Source: Methanomicrobiales archaeon
GTDB lineage: Archaea; Halobacteriota; Methanomicrobia; Methanomicrobiales; Methanospirillaceae
Assembly: GCA_037137755.1 (NCBI GenBank)
Contig: JBAXJR010000004.1
Location: 28,727-92,726, forward strand
Reading direction: 5' to 3'
DNA: 64,000 nucleotides
The notes beneath the pieces are model-generated. The model saw nothing but the letters and a program-made list of their open reading frames with translations, was not told the origin of the DNA and made no database searches. How positions within the stretch are numbered: position 1 is the first letter of the stretch; the number at the start of each line of letters is the position of its first letter. Positions 50,115 to 61,546 of this stretch are shown in pieces. The translations under genes and the position numbers were made by a program.

Positions 50115-51004
50115 GACTCACGCTCCATGCATACAACCCGTGAGAGGGAATTTTCATCGGCTATGAAATATCCTGAATGCTCTGCAATCTGTTCTGCAAA
50201 CTGTCGTACATGTGCATGTTCAGGCATGTTACTTCGCTGCAATCGTTTTCTACTGTATCCAAGATACATGTATCCCTTTACCTCGATGTAATCTGCCCCC
50301 GAGTCAGCTACCAGGCGTGCATACCCCTGGGGGTCTATGTCGTTTACACCCTCTACAAGGGTAATACGGATTGCCGATCGCCGGCTGTCCAGTACTGCCA
50401 GGCTCTCTTTCAGGTTATCCCAACTGTCCTCCATGGGCCGGCAGACACGCTCGTAGGTTGCCTTGTCAGGGGCAACCAGTGAGACATACATCTGGAACGG
50501 TCGGCATTGCCTGAGAACGTCCGGGCGGGTCCCGTTACTGACAAGAAACGTTGTGCAGCCTTCAGCGTTGAAAAGGCTGATTAATTCCGGCAGCCGGGAG
50601 TAGAGTGTGGGTTCACCGGAAAGTGAAATTGCAATGTTTTTCGGTGCAAGCGCTTCTGAAAACCGTTGTTCTGTAACATACGGGGAGACCTTGTACCCGG
50701 AAAGTGCCCTTTTCTGGAGCCGCCTGAAGTTCCCGATGATCTCTTCCGGCGGGCACTCAGATTCCCCGGGCATTTCATGTTCGAATGAACGCCAGCAGAA
50801 GAGGCACCGGTGGTTGCATTGCAGGGTCGGGGTCATCTGTACGCACCGGTGGCTGTCTATCCCGTAAAACTGGTGCTTGTAGCACATTTCCCCCCCCTTC
50901 AGTGCACGCTTGCACCAGAGGCAGGGCTTTACAGCAGCAGTTGACGTTTCAGAAAAAAACTGGTAACCCTGCTTTTTCAGGGCTTCACATGGTGCTGATT
51001 GCAT
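50111..51004 (-). CDS. taw1: 4-demethylwyosine synthase Taw1/TYW1 (radical SAM)
   Basis: [26 protein letters not shown] and AISLSGEPT. Confidence 0.93.
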   Translation of the reverse strand: MQSAPCEALKKQGYQFFSETSTAAVKPCLWCKRALKGGEMCYKHQFYGIDSHRCVQMTPTLQCNHRCLFCWRSFEHEMPGESECPPEEIIGNFRRLQKRALSGYKVSPYVTEQRFSEALAPKNIAISLSGEPTLYSRLPELISLFNAEGCTTFLVSNGTRPDVLRQCRPFQMYVSLVAPDKATYERVCRPMEDSWDNLKESLAVLDSRRSAIRITLVEGVNDIDPQGYARLVADSGADYIEVKGYMYLGYSRKRLQRSNMPEHAHVRQFAEQIAEHSGYFIADENSLSRVVCMERES

Positions 51005-52649
51005 CGATACCAAGGGATTCCAATGATTCTTTGAGGGTGTTTTTTGCTGCCTTTACAAGGGTAAGGCGGCTTTGCCTTGTGATGCCCTCGCTTTTCAGGA
51101 CGGGTTCATAGTGGTAAAACGCGTTGAACAGGTCAGCAAGCTCACGGGCATACGTGGCAAGGATGTGGGGCTTGAGTTCCTGCACCACCTCGTCAATCAC
51201 GGCCGGAAACTTTGCTATATGTTTTGCAAGCGCGATACCATGCGGGTCTTTCAAATCATATGCCTCTGAAAAATCCCCTGCCTTTTCAAGGATGCTGCAT
51301 GCCCGTGCATGGGCATACTGGATGTACGGGCCACTCTGCCGCTCGAAGTCAAGGGCCTCTTTCCAGTTGAAGATGGTGCTCTTTTCAGGAGAAATTTTTA
51401 CAATATCATACCGTATTGCTGCAATCGCGACCGAGACGGCGATACTGTTGCGTGTTTCTTCGTCCAGTTCGGGCCTCCTGACGGTGACCTCCTCAAATGC
51501 CCGTTTTGTCACCTCATCCATCAGTTCGTCGGCTGAGACGAATTTCCCCGCCCTGGTGCTCATTGAACCCTCCGGGAGGGAAACAAACTCAAAATGGACA
51601 ATTTCCGGGGCTTTCTCTCCAATCAGCCGCATGGTCGCCTGGAGTTGTGCACCGATTAACTTGTGGTCCGCCCCGAGTACATCGATGACACGGTCAAAAT
51701 TTTTACCTTTCCACATGTGGTAGGCAAGGTCCCGGGTCGCATACACTGAGGTCCCGTCTGTTCGCCTCAGCACGTATTCCTTTTCAAAACCGGCGGCGTT
51801 CAGGTCAAGCCAGACTTTCCCGTCCTCGTGATATTCCGGGAGCCGGTGGAGCCTTGAAAGGAACCTCCCGGTGTCACCGTTTCTTACGAAATCGCTCTCC
51901 CATACAAACCGGTCATGATGGACCTTGAGGCGGGCCAGCGTAACGTGGAAACCGTCGAGGCACCGCGTTACCGCAGACCGGAATCTTGTTACCGTCAACC
52001 GTTCGGAGCGTTCAACCTCCTGCATCAGGCTGTCCACTTCAGACACAAGCCCGGGGTCTGATTCAAGTTCCCTGTTCGCAGCAATGTAAATCCTCGCCAC
52101 GTAGTGATCAGCTTTTTCCCCGCCCTTTGCACCGGTATCGAGGTGATCGAACCCCCACACCACGATTGCGATCTGCCGTCCCATATCATTGACATAGTAC
52201 TGGACTTCAAGCCGGTACCCTGCTTTCCGGAAACATCGTGCAAGTGTATCGCCCAGTATAGAATTCCTGATATGCCCTACATGCAGGGGACCGTTTGGGT
52301 TTGCACTGGTATGTTCAAGGACAACGCGTTCCCGTTTGGGAGGAAGATTACCATACGCCGGCTTCACCGCTTCTTCAAGTGTCCTGCTTACATAGGACGG
52401 TCCGAACAGGAAATTGATATAAGGCCCCTTGACCGTGACCTGGACTTGTTCAAACACCGGGTCCCCACTCAGCTCAAGGGCAAGTTCTTCTGCGATTAAT
52501 ACGGGGCTCTTCTTCCTCTCCTTTGCAAGGGTGAATGCAACGGTGGTGGCCAGGTCTGCATGTTCCCCGCCATCTGTCAGCTGCACATCACAAAGACCCG
52601 TCCGTGACTTTAGTGCATTTTCAATTGTAGTATACATCTGGAGAAACAT
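50985..52649 (-). CDS. argS: Arginyl-tRNA synthetase
   Basis: EHTSANPNGPLHVGH, NDMGRQ, SMSTRAG and YIQYAHARACSI. Confidence 0.96.
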   Translation of the reverse strand: MFLQMYTTIENALKSRTGLCDVQLTDGGEHADLATTVAFTLAKERKKSPVLIAEELALELSGDPVFEQVQVTVKGPYINFLFGPSYVSRTLEEAVKPAYGNLPPKRERVVLEHTSANPNGPLHVGHIRNSILGDTLARCFRKAGYRLEVQYYVNDMGRQIAIVVWGFDHLDTGAKGGEKADHYVARIYIAANRELESDPGLVSEVDSLMQEVERSERLTVTRFRSAVTRCLDGFHVTLARLKVHHDRFVWESDFVRNGDTGRFLSRLHRLPEYHEDGKVWLDLNAAGFEKEYVLRRTDGTSVYATRDLAYHMWKGKNFDRVIDVLGADHKLIGAQLQATMRLIGEKAPEIVHFEFVSLPEGSMSTRAGKFVSADELMDEVTKRAFEEVTVRRPELDEETRNSIAVSVAIAAIRYDIVKISPEKSTIFNWKEALDFERQSGPYIQYAHARACSILEKAGDFSEAYDLKDPHGIALAKHIAKFPAVIDEVVQELKPHILATYARELADLFNAFYHYEPVLKSEGITRQSRLTLVKAAKNTLKESLESLGIDAISTM

Positions 52650-53920
52650 CAATAGCCCGTCCTGTATCGTAATATGGCGGCAATACCACCAAAAGCCGTA
52701 AAAAGAATTGAACCTTCTTCGAAGTCATCAGATATTATTTCCACTTTCGCACTGCTCTGGTCGGCGATATGTGTCAGTTCGTCGATGATATCCACCTCTT
52801 CATCGAGGACCATCGGAGCGGTACAATTCGGGCAGTTACCAAATTCCAGGTCTTTAACTGTTTTACCCGCCTGGAGTACTACCGTGGAACTTTTTGTATG
52901 GCCGCAACTCGGGCACCTGATTGTTAACCTGGATTTCCGGAGGCTGGCTGAGAGGAGGAGTATTTCAACGGCGCCGAGTTCGAGGTTCTTCCTGATATTA
53001 TCTTCCCCGTACGAGGCGACCCCGTTATCCTTGACCAGCTCTTTTAAGAAACGCTGCATTACAGCCTTTTCCTTCACTACGGTCATTCCCTTGAGCGCGT
53101 CCTCTGCGGCATCGACCAGTTCATCGAGACCGCTCTCATTGGTGTAGGCTACATCAAAAATGCCGATGATCCGCTTCTGGATCTCGTGGTGGAGGAAATT
53201 TCCCGCCTCAAATTCTTCTTTTGTCGGGCTTGGCCCACCTATCAGGACACCCTTGAACCTCTCAAAGAAGTCCTTCTCCGCGAGAAAAATCGCACTTGAG
53301 CGCTCACCGATTTTCGTATAAAACTCGTGAATTGCGATCTCCCTGAGCCGCCCGAACCGGGCGGCTGACTGCCCGCCTTTCCGCTGTTTTCCGGGGACTG
53401 TGGATGTTACGCCCCCAATCGGCTCGATATGGTTACCGCGGAGAAAACCCCAGTATGCTTCCCTGCGGTCGAGGACCAGGAGGCCATACACGCTCTTTTC
53501 TTCCAGCATCTGCCGGAGTGGTTCGAGCTCGAACTGGGAACTGCACCGGTACATGTAGAGGTGGAGTGGCTCCGGGGGTTCGATGATGGTGCACTCCAGG
53601 TCTGTCCGGTCACCGCCGAGCAGGATCGTACCGCAGAGGACTGCAAGACCGTTTGCCGGCGGTCTTTTATAGTATTTCAGGCGGGAGAGAATTGAAGAGA
53701 TGGCGCTTTGTACATTCGTTTTCGTCTGTTTACTCTTGATGTTCGCACACTGGCCGAATTCATCCTTAAGCTGGTTGGTCACATCATAGATCTGTTTGTC
53801 AGGGGGGATGTAGATCGTAATAAGTTCTGTTCCGCTCCCCTGCTTCGATTCGAGCTTTTCGAGCGTCTTTTTAAATTCGTAGCGGCGTCGCGCCTCGTCC
53901 ATCTCTTCAACTTCAGCCAT
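52649..53920 (-). CDS. prf1: Peptide chain release factor aRF1
   Basis: GTELI, NIKS, YRCSS.F and GGQSAARF. Confidence 0.96.
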   Translation of the reverse strand: MAEVEEMDEARRRYEFKKTLEKLESKQGSGTELITIYIPPDKQIYDVTNQLKDEFGQCANIKSKQTKTNVQSAISSILSRLKYYKRPPANGLAVLCGTILLGGDRTDLECTIIEPPEPLHLYMYRCSSQFELEPLRQMLEEKSVYGLLVLDRREAYWGFLRGNHIEPIGGVTSTVPGKQRKGGQSAARFGRLREIAIHEFYTKIGERSSAIFLAEKDFFERFKGVLIGGPSPTKEEFEAGNFLHHEIQKRIIGIFDVAYTNESGLDELVDAAEDALKGMTVVKEKAVMQRFLKELVKDNGVASYGEDNIRKNLELGAVEILLLSASLRKSRLTIRCPSCGHTKSSTVVLQAGKTVKDLEFGNCPNCTAPMVLDEEVDIIDELTHIADQSSAKVEIISDDFEEGSILFTAFGGIAAILRYRTGY

Positions 53921-53961
53921 ACAGGAACTCCCGGTACCGGGTCAGTATCTATTTCACGCCT

Positions 53962-54864
53962 TCAGCCATAAATTTGAGTATACTCAGCTATCAGTACCTG
54001 GTCGACCTCACCATTAACACCGTGTGTCCCGTTGAATGAGAAGAATTTCTTTGGCCCTTTTGCCAGGTCATAGAGCTTCTTTCCGTCACCAAACGGGATA
54101 ACCGGGTCATCAGGTGCGTGGAACAGGATGACGGGTCTTGGGGAAATTCCGCCGATATAGACGTCAGGGTCGATGGAGAGGAGGAATTTTCTTGCGGCTT
54201 CTGTGTAATTCGGATTATCCCCTGCCCTTCCAAACCCCGAGGTCGATATCCCCACGTACCCTGCAAAACCAGGGTCAATTGCAGTTGCGACTGCCGCATA
54301 CCTGCCCCCGTTACTTTCCCCTGATGCATAAACCGGTACACCGTACCGCGATGTGAGAAACTGCCGGGCATTGATCATGTCACACACGGTATCATAGTAT
54401 TCAGGGAATTCCCCTTTCTGGTAAAGGGCAAAATCTTTCTCGAAATCCAGTGGATATCCCGGGGTTTCACCCCCGTTTCCCCTGATGTCGAGGACGAGGT
54501 AGGCATAACCGTTTTGTGCATAACTGACTGCCCTCCCTTCATGCCCCTCTTTTTTATTACCTGCCCCTGGTGCATGCACAAACGCGGCTTTCGGGCTTAC
54601 ACCCGCCGGTGCGGCAAGCAGGCCGAAAACGTCCCCGTGGGGTGTATGGAATACCAGCCTGCTAACTGTTACATTGGCGCCTGTTGAAAGGACTGTTTCT
54701 GCAACCTGAGCTGGTGGACACCGGACTGATAGTACACCTGAAGAGTCTACGGAATCTGTCCGCTCCACCTGGGGTGTCCCCGCGCAACCTGCCAGCAGGA
54801 CAGATACGAGGACCACGAATCCAACCACGGCAGTCCAGCCATATTGTTTTCTATCCGGTTGCAT
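53962..54864 (-). CDS. Alpha/beta-hydrolase lipoprotein
   Basis: Lipobox LAGC; GESNGG (GxSxG), DDPVIP and GTHG. Confidence 0.82.
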   Translation of the reverse strand: MQPDRKQYGWTAVVGFVVLVSVLLAGCAGTPQVERTDSVDSSGVLSVRCPPAQVAETVLSTGANVTVSRLVFHTPHGDVFGLLAAPAGVSPKAAFVHAPGAGNKKEGHEGRAVSYAQNGYAYLVLDIRGNGGETPGYPLDFEKDFALYQKGEFPEYYDTVCDMINARQFLTSRYGVPVYASGESNGGRYAAVATAIDPGFAGYVGISTSGFGRAGDNPNYTEAARKFLLSIDPDVYIGGISPRPVILFHAPDDPVIPFGDGKKLYDLAKGPKKFFSFNGTHGVNGEVDQVLIAEYTQIYG

Positions 54865-55366
54865 GGTTCCCCTTCAGGCAGCGGTAGACGACGCTGATGG
54901 TCTTTGCGTCTGAAACCCGGCCATCGAGACACATCAGTTCCAGTTCCCTGTCCGTCACCGTCACCAGTTCGATCAACTCATCCTCGTCTTTTTCGAAGGC
55001 ATCAGATGGTGAGAGGTCCCGGGCTTCAAAGAGGTGGAGTTTTTCATCCGAAAAACCCGGCGTTGTATAGATCCATCCTTTTTCAACCATTGTCCCCGCC
55101 TGGTAACCCGTCTCTTCGATGAGCTCCCGGTTTGCGGTCTCGAGCGGAGATTCCCCCTCCTCAAGTTTACCAGCGGGTGCTTCGAGGATGTAACTGCCGA
55201 CAGCAAACCGGTATTGCCGGATCAGGTGCCAGCACGAGTCCCCGCATTTCGGAAGGACAACTACGGCATCCCCGGGGTGGGCTATGACACCCTCTTTCGT
55301 CCGCCCATCCGGGAGCATATACTCCACACGTTCAATTACGAGGCGTTTACTCCGGAACAGTTCCAT
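54851..55366 (-). CDS. NUDIX hydrolase (ADP-ribose pyrophosphatase-like)
   Basis: RQYR, PAGKLEEGESPLETANRELIEETGY, TPGFSDE and DAKT. Confidence 0.9.
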   Translation of the reverse strand: MELFRSKRLVIERVEYMLPDGRTKEGVIAHPGDAVVVLPKCGDSCWHLIRQYRFAVGSYILEAPAGKLEEGESPLETANRELIEETGYQAGTMVEKGWIYTTPGFSDEKLHLFEARDLSPSDAFEKDEDELIELVTVTDRELELMCLDGRVSDAKTISVVYRCLKGNHATG

Positions 55367-55369
55367 TGG

Positions 55370-56038
55370 TCACTCCCCTGCATAGGGGATTGGGTCCCGG
55401 ACCCCCGCAGCCCGGAAGGCCTCTTTCCTGAAATGGCAGGAACCGCACACCCCGCATGCCATGTCTTCCCGCTGGTAACACGACCAGGTATACTGGTAAG
55501 GAACACCGAGAGTGAGGCCCCGTTCAAGGATATCCCTCTTTGTCATCGAGATAAACGGGGTCAGCAGTTTAATATGAGTGTCATCCCTGGTACCGGTATC
55601 GACCACCTTCTGGAACGCCTCAATAAACTGTGGCCGGCAGTCCGGGTAGCCGCTATAGTCCAGCGACTGAACACCGATAAAGACCGTATCGGCCTTCCGT
55701 GACTCGGCAAAGCTGGTGGCAATGGAAAGGAGGTTTGCGTTCCGGAACGGGACGTAGGTATTGGGGATTCCAGCGCGGGACTCATCGAATTCTTCAACCT
55801 CTATTGAGCGGTCAGTAAGGCTTGAATCACCGAACTGGGAGAGATAACCCAGGTTAACCTCGATAAACTCCTTAGCGTCCAGCAGTTTCGCAATAGTCTT
55901 CGCTGACTGGAGCTCACGCCGCTCGGTCCTCTGGCCATAATTCACATGCAATGCGTAGATCTCGTAACCCTGTTCTTTTGCGACATACGCGAGCGTGGTG
56001 GAGTCCATCCCGCCCGATAACAGACATATTGCTTTCAT
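55370..56038 (-). CDS. queC: 7-cyano-7-deazaguanine synthase
   Basis: LSGGMDS, YVPFRN, YPDCR and SCY....CG.CGSC. Confidence 0.95.
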   Translation of the reverse strand: MKAICLLSGGMDSTTLAYVAKEQGYEIYALHVNYGQRTERRELQSAKTIAKLLDAKEFIEVNLGYLSQFGDSSLTDRSIEVEEFDESRAGIPNTYVPFRNANLLSIATSFAESRKADTVFIGVQSLDYSGYPDCRPQFIEAFQKVVDTGTRDDTHIKLLTPFISMTKRDILERGLTLGVPYQYTWSCYQREDMACGVCGSCHFRKEAFRAAGVRDPIPYAGE

Positions 56039-56646
56039 CAGCGGACACCGATTATTTTATGGAGCTGTACCTGGAATCTGACCGGCAGGTTGTTGTCAAG
56101 AACATAACATGCGACACCATGGTAGTCTGACCCTGCCACGGGTGAGAAAAAGATCTCCCCCCTGATCGGGAACTGATGAATTACCTCTGCCGCATACTGG
56201 CAGTCTTTCTGGTCACCGACTACAAATTTCACACTATCCCCGGAGGAGATTTTTCTGAGCAGCGCCAGATCGCTCTGTTCTCCGGATGACGGGCACTTGA
56301 CATCCATGCAGATAGTGGCATTATCCTGGACCTGCCCGAAATCGATTGTACCGTTAGTTTCAATCTCAATTGAATATCCAAGCCTGCTGAGGCGTGAGAG
56401 CAGAACCCGGAGTTCTGATATCTGGAGGAGCGGTTCCCCGCCCGTGATGCAGATCTCCTTGCAACCGGACTCGTCCACCCTCCTGATGATCTCAGCAGTA
56501 TCGAATTCCTGTCCCTCATCGTGCGAATGGGGCGTATCGCACCAGCTGCAATCCAGGTTGCACCCTGCAAGCCGGATGAATACCACGGGTTTTCCCTGGT
56601 TCCTTCCTTCACCCTGGATACTTTTAAAAATTTCAACCAGTTTCAT
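56038..56646 (-). CDS. queE: 7-carboxy-7-deazaguanine synthase (radical SAM)
   Basis: [28 protein letters not shown] and QLHK. Confidence 0.93.
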   Translation of the reverse strand: MKLVEIFKSIQGEGRNQGKPVVFIRLAGCNLDCSWCDTPHSHDEGQEFDTAEIIRRVDESGCKEICITGGEPLLQISELRVLLSRLSRLGYSIEIETNGTIDFGQVQDNATICMDVKCPSSGEQSDLALLRKISSGDSVKFVVGDQKDCQYAAEVIHQFPIRGEIFFSPVAGSDYHGVACYVLDNNLPVRFQVQLHKIIGVR

Positions 56647-57047
56647 TCTGTAATCTCTGCAAAACAGGTCGGAGATTCCCAGACCCTTATTTTTACCACA
56701 ACGGCGTCAAGGCCTGCTGTAACACACTCGGTATTGATCCGCACCCTGATTATATCTGCAAGCAGCTCGCTGGTCGGGTCTCCCGGTGTCCTGATGACCG
56801 GCTGGAACTGTTCGAGGCACTCAACCATCGGGTCCTCTTCGTTCAGGATCACCTGGTGATCATAGTATTCTATTGTCTCACGGATCAGATTATAATCCAC
56901 AAGAATCCCGGTGACCTTGTTGACTGAACCCCTAACCCAGACTTCGACCTTCCAGCGGTGACCATGAAGGTTTGCACATTTGCCATTATAATGAAGCAAA
57001 CGATGACTCGCATCGAAATATGCGTTCTTGTAAATCCGGGAACTCAT
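56643..57047 (-). CDS. queD: 6-carboxy-5,6,7,8-tetrahydropterin synthase
   Basis: FDASHRL..YNGKCANLHGH, DH..LN, PTSE and VWES. Confidence 0.92.
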   Translation of the reverse strand: MSSRIYKNAYFDASHRLLHYNGKCANLHGHRWKVEVWVRGSVNKVTGILVDYNLIRETIEYYDHQVILNEEDPMVECLEQFQPVIRTPGDPTSELLADIIRVRINTECVTAGLDAVVVKIRVWESPTCFAEITE

Positions 57048-57213
57048 TATAAGAATTATGCGGGACGGGGATATAATATTATTATCAATAGAGACTAACA
57101 CATACAGGCAAGCGAGAGCAATTGCACAATATATAAATTTGTTCCGCGCGTTTGTATTATATCTCAGCGAGATACATATGCATCCATAAAAACCAGATTT
57201 GCGAGGGTATTTA

Positions 57214-57642
57214 ATGGGACAGGGTAAATTTGCGGCGAGAAAACTCACTCGCGACTCAAAAAAATTCAGGTGGAGTGATCCCACCTATGCACGGCGTCAG
57301 GACCAGCTAGACCTCAAATCAGACCCATTAGAGGGTGCGCCTCAGGGGCGCGGGATTGTCCTCGAGAAGATTGGAGTTGAGGCCAAGCAGCCGAACTCCG
57401 CGATCCGGAAATGTGTCCGTGTCCAGCTCATCAAGAACGGGCGCCAGGTCACTGCATTTGCAGTCGGCGATGGTGCGATTAACTTTATCGATGAGCACGA
57501 TGAAGTCGAGATTGAGGGCATTGGCGGCAGGCTCGGGCGTTCCATGGGGGATATCCCTGGTGTCCGGTATGTCGTTACCAAGGTCAATAACGTCTGCCTC
57601 CATGAAATGGTAATTGGCAGGAAGGAGAAACCACGCAGGTGA
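57214..57642 (+). CDS. rps12: 30S ribosomal protein S12
   Basis: [21 protein letters not shown] and GDIPGVR. Confidence 0.97.
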   Translation: MGQGKFAARKLTRDSKKFRWSDPTYARRQDQLDLKSDPLEGAPQGRGIVLEKIGVEAKQPNSAIRKCVRVQLIKNGRQVTAFAVGDGAINFIDEHDEVEIEGIGGRLGRSMGDIPGVRYVVTKVNNVCLHEMVIGRKEKPRR

Positions 57643-57647
57643 TTTTT

Positions 57648-58235
57648 GTGGCAGAGAACGAGAAAAAAGAGACGAAGAAACTGCTCTTTAACCAGTGGGA
57701 TATGAGCGAAGTCCAGATTAATGACCCTGCCCTTGTGCGGTATATCAACCTCCATTCCATGATTGTACCCCATTCATGTGGTAAATTTACCCGCCAGGAG
57801 TTCAATAAGGCAAACATGCTGATTGTTGAGCGCCTGATTAACCGGCTCATGAAGTCATCGAAGAATACAGGGAAAAAGACCCTTGCGATTCGAATTGTCA
57901 CGGATGCATTCAATATCATCAATAAGAAGACCAAGAAGAACCCGGTCCAGGTACTCGTGGAAGCGGTAACAAATACCGGCCAGAGGGAAGAAACGGTCCG
58001 GCTCAAGTATGGTGGTATTAATGTCCCGAAATCAGTCGATACTGCACCCCTCCGCCGTGTCAATACATCCATGTTCTTCATATCCGAAGCGGTCTACAAG
58101 AATTCTCAGAAGAGCAAAAAGTCCGCCAGTGCGGCTCTCGCTGATGAATTGATCGCGGCATCAAAGGGCGATGTAAAGACATATTCTGTGAACAAAAAGG
58201 AAGAACGTGAACGGATAGCAAAGTCCGCGCGTTAA
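57648..58235 (+). CDS. rps7: 30S ribosomal protein S7
   Basis: IVERLINRLM, NPVQVLV.A, REET, VDTAP.RR and ERERIAKSAR. GTG start at 57639 or 57648. Confidence 0.95.
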   Translation: MAENEKKETKKLLFNQWDMSEVQINDPALVRYINLHSMIVPHSCGKFTRQEFNKANMLIVERLINRLMKSSKNTGKKTLAIRIVTDAFNIINKKTKKNPVQVLVEAVTNTGQREETVRLKYGGINVPKSVDTAPLRRVNTSMFFISEAVYKNSQKSKKSASAALADELIAASKGDVKTYSVNKKEERERIAKSAR

Positions 58236-58265
58236 TCATTACAATCTCTTTTTAAAGGTGTTTTC

Positions 58266-60458
58266 ATGGTTCGTGGCAAAAAAATGGTTGAGCGCGTAAT
58301 GGAGCTCATGACTGAACCGGTCCACATCCGGAATATCGGTATCGTAGCACATATTGACCATGGCAAGACGACGCTTTCTGATAACCTGCTTGCAGGGGCA
58401 GGCATTATCAGTGAGGAGCTTGCCGGTAAACAACTCTTCATGGATTCTGACGAGGAAGAGCAGGCACGTGGAATTACCATCGATGCAAGCAACGTCTCGA
58501 TGGTCCACGAATACAATGGTCAGGAGTACCTGATCAATATGATCGATACCCCCGGACACGTGGACTTCGGTGGCGACGTTACCCGTGCCATGCGGGCTGT
58601 TGACGGGGCTGTTGTCCTTGTCGATGCGGTTGAAGGGACAATGCCCCAGACCGAGACCGTTCTTCGCCAGGCATTAAAGGAACAGGTCCGACCCATCCTG
58701 TTCATCAATAAAGTCGACCGGCTGATCAATGAACTCAAGGTGGATGAGATGGAGATGCAGATCCGCCTTGGGAAAGTCATTGACAAGGTCAACAAGCTGA
58801 TCAAGGGCATGAACGAGGAGAGCTACAACAACGGCTGGAAGCTTGATGCATCACAGGGCACTGTTGCATTCGGTTCAGCATTGTATAACTGGGCCGTATC
58901 AGCACCCTACATGAAAAAGAGCGGTGTCTCGTTCAAAGAGGTCTATGACAAGTGTAAGGCCGGGGATATGAAGAGTCTTGCACAGAGCAGCCCGCTCTCT
59001 GAAGTGCTGCTTGATATGGTAGTCACGCACCTGCCAAACCCGAAGGATGCGCAGAAGCGTCGTATCGGTGTGATCTGGCATGGGGACAAGGAGAGCCCCG
59101 AAGGGAAAGCCATGCTCAACTGTGATCCGAACGGGCCTGTTTCTATGATGGTCACCGATATCTCGTTCGATCCCCATGCAGGTGAAGTGGCGACCGGCCG
59201 GTTGTTCTCCGGGAAAATGAAACGTGGCGATGAAGTGTACGTAATGGGTACTGCCGGAAAATCAAACCGTCTCCAGCAGGTGGGCATTTTCATGGGGCCG
59301 AAGAGGGTCGAAGTGGATGACCTTTTCTGTGGAAATATTGCAGCGGTTACCGGTCTTAAGGACGCAATAGTAGGTTCTACCGTTACCTCACTGATGAATA
59401 TCACTCCGTTTGAGTCCCTGAAGCATTACAGTGAACCGGTCATGACCGTTGCCGTCGAAGCAAAGAACATGAAGGACCTGCCGAAACTGGTTGAAGTGCT
59501 CCGCCAGGTGGGAAAGGAAGACCCCACACTCCAGGTTGCCATTAACGAGGAGACCGGGGAGCACCTCATTGCAGGGATGGGAGAACTTCATCTCGAGATC
59601 GTCACGGGCCGGATCAAGCGTGACAAGGGTGTGGAAATTGTCACCTCGGAACCGATTGTTGTGTACCGCGAGACGGCAGTCCAGAAGGCAGGACCCGTGG
59701 AAGGGAAATCTCCGAACCGCCACAACAGGTTCTACCTTGTACTCGAACCGTTAGCTGACGAAGTCGTGGCCCTGATCAGGAATGGGGAGGTCTCGATGAA
59801 CCAGACTGCTCTCGAAAGGAGAGATATACTTGTTAAGGCCGGAATGGGGAAGGACGAGGCCAAGAGTGTCAAGGACATCAAGGGTACCAACATGCTCATC
59901 GATATGACGAAAGGTATCCAATACCTCAACGAGACCATGGAACTGGTCATTGAAGGTCTTCATGAGGCACTTGCGGGTGGTCCGCTGGCGGATGAACCTG
60001 TCCAGAACTTAAAAATCAGTCTTGTCGATGTCAAGCTCCACGAGGATGCCATTCACCGCGGACCTGCGCAGGTCATCCCTGCAGTCCGGGGTGCAGTGAA
60101 GGCAGGTCTTCTACTGGCCGGGGACTCGCTCCTTGAACCGGTCCAGAAGATCCAGATTACGGTCCCGACCGACCAGATGGGGAATGCGACGTCCCAGATC
60201 CAGGGTCGCCGTGGTACAATCTTCGATATCATGAGTGAAGGCGATACCATTACGGTGGTCGGTAAGGCCCCGGTAGCAGAACTGTTCGGGTTTGCCGGCG
60301 ACATCCGCTCGGCAACCGAAGGTCGTGCCATGTGGAGTACAGAATTCATCGGGTTCGAACTTGTCCCGAATAACCTAGTCAAGGAAGTAGTCCTTGCAAT
60401 CAGGAAGAGAAAGGGATTAAAAGAATCAGTCCCGACACCAGCAGATTACCTCGCATGA
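58266..60458 (+). CDS. fusA: Elongation factor EF-2
   Basis: [19 protein letters not shown] and NKVD; diphthamide loop HEDAIHRG. Confidence 0.97.
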   Translation: MVRGKKMVERVMELMTEPVHIRNIGIVAHIDHGKTTLSDNLLAGAGIISEELAGKQLFMDSDEEEQARGITIDASNVSMVHEYNGQEYLINMIDTPGHVDFGGDVTRAMRAVDGAVVLVDAVEGTMPQTETVLRQALKEQVRPILFINKVDRLINELKVDEMEMQIRLGKVIDKVNKLIKGMNEESYNNGWKLDASQGTVAFGSALYNWAVSAPYMKKSGVSFKEVYDKCKAGDMKSLAQSSPLSEVLLDMVVTHLPNPKDAQKRRIGVIWHGDKESPEGKAMLNCDPNGPVSMMVTDISFDPHAGEVATGRLFSGKMKRGDEVYVMGTAGKSNRLQQVGIFMGPKRVEVDDLFCGNIAAVTGLKDAIVGSTVTSLMNITPFESLKHYSEPVMTVAVEAKNMKDLPKLVEVLRQVGKEDPTLQVAINEETGEHLIAGMGELHLEIVTGRIKRDKGVEIVTSEPIVVYRETAVQKAGPVEGKSPNRHNRFYLVLEPLADEVVALIRNGEVSMNQTALERRDILVKAGMGKDEAKSVKDIKGTNMLIDMTKGIQYLNETMELVIEGLHEALAGGPLADEPVQNLKISLVDVKLHEDAIHRGPAQVIPAVRGAVKAGLLLAGDSLLEPVQKIQITVPTDQMGNATSQIQGRRGTIFDIMSEGDTITVVGKAPVAELFGFAGDIRSATEGRAMWSTEFIGFELVPNNLVKEVVLAIRKRKGLKESVPTPADYLA

Positions 60459-60680
60459 GGTACTCCGTCGGTTTTTTTAATCGTCCCGGTTTCCATGGGA
60501 TTAACCGTTTTGCGATTCACGGGATCCGACCTCACCTGATTTTAAACTGCCCATATTGAAAACAGAGGGTCAGGAAAACCCGGTATGCGGGAATTGGCAA
60601 AATTTTTTATAGTTTTGTCAAGAGAGGTTAATTCTGAATCTTTAAGAAAAAAATAAAGGATGATTGGAGAGGAATACAAC

Positions 60681-61232
60681 ATGTGGAAGAAGTCATCGTT
60701 ACCATTCGTAATTATTGGGATTTTATGTATAGGGGTCCTCGTTGCAGGCTGTACCGGGGCTACCGGGCAGTCGAAAACCGTCTCACCGACGGTGTCCGGC
60801 GGGCAGTCAAAGGCACCTGAACTGGTCGTTCCGGTATCTGTATCAGGGTTTACCCAGGAATTGAAATTTGATCATGAAGAGCCGATGTTCCAGGACGAGG
60901 AGTACCTTGCAACAGGGTTGTATCAACCTGAAATGAACTCCACCTATGAAGGGAATGTGGCGTACCTTGCAGTCATTGTTGACAAATTTGTAAACGGTAC
61001 TGCAGCAGGTGGGTTCTATGGAGAAATCAACGGAACCCCGGTGACCGTATCCGGGTATTCAGGAAAATACAATTATGATCCCGAAATGGGAATGGCATCG
61101 GTCGTCGTCCTGCATTCTGACTTAATCATCGGGAGTTCCGCACAGGCCCCGGAAAATATGACGTTGTTTGATGAGAAACTGCTCCGGAGCGCGGCATTAT
61201 CAGGGACAGAAGCAGCTCTCCGGAACCTTTGA
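60681..61232 (+). CDS. Hypothetical lipoprotein
   Basis: KK + hydrophobic stretch + VAGC lipobox; repeated GQSK linker. Confidence 0.7.
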   Translation: MWKKSSLPFVIIGILCIGVLVAGCTGATGQSKTVSPTVSGGQSKAPELVVPVSVSGFTQELKFDHEEPMFQDEEYLATGLYQPEMNSTYEGNVAYLAVIVDKFVNGTAAGGFYGEINGTPVTVSGYSGKYNYDPEMGMASVVVLHSDLIIGSSAQAPENMTLFDEKLLRSAALSGTEAALRNL

Positions 61233-61546
61233 TCTGCATATGGAGGATATAACCGGACAACTCTTTCCCATTTCCTCTCATTTTTTATTGTTAGAATTTT
61301 GGGTTCGTCAAGATCAGGGTATTTCTGTGGTACCTGTAAGGCCGGAAAATGCCGATAGCTTCTCTGTTCACTGATCCATCCATCCGGTGAATATTTTCCA
61401 GTTCCTGCTCAGCATCGATCGTACGTGACAGGAGTCCGTGTTTAAGGAATGAGTTTTTTAGACAAAGGATCCGACTGTGTCCGTTAATCTAAGTTATTAC
61501 GGCTTTGTCTACATCCTGTGAATAAAAAAAATCGGAATACGTATGA

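Noticed and set aside
55370-57047. queCDE as part of a 7-deazaguanine DNA-modification (dpd) island
   Set aside because: No dpdA/TGT-like or other dpd genes; the context is tRNA/translation housekeeping, consistent with archaeosine precursor synthesis.
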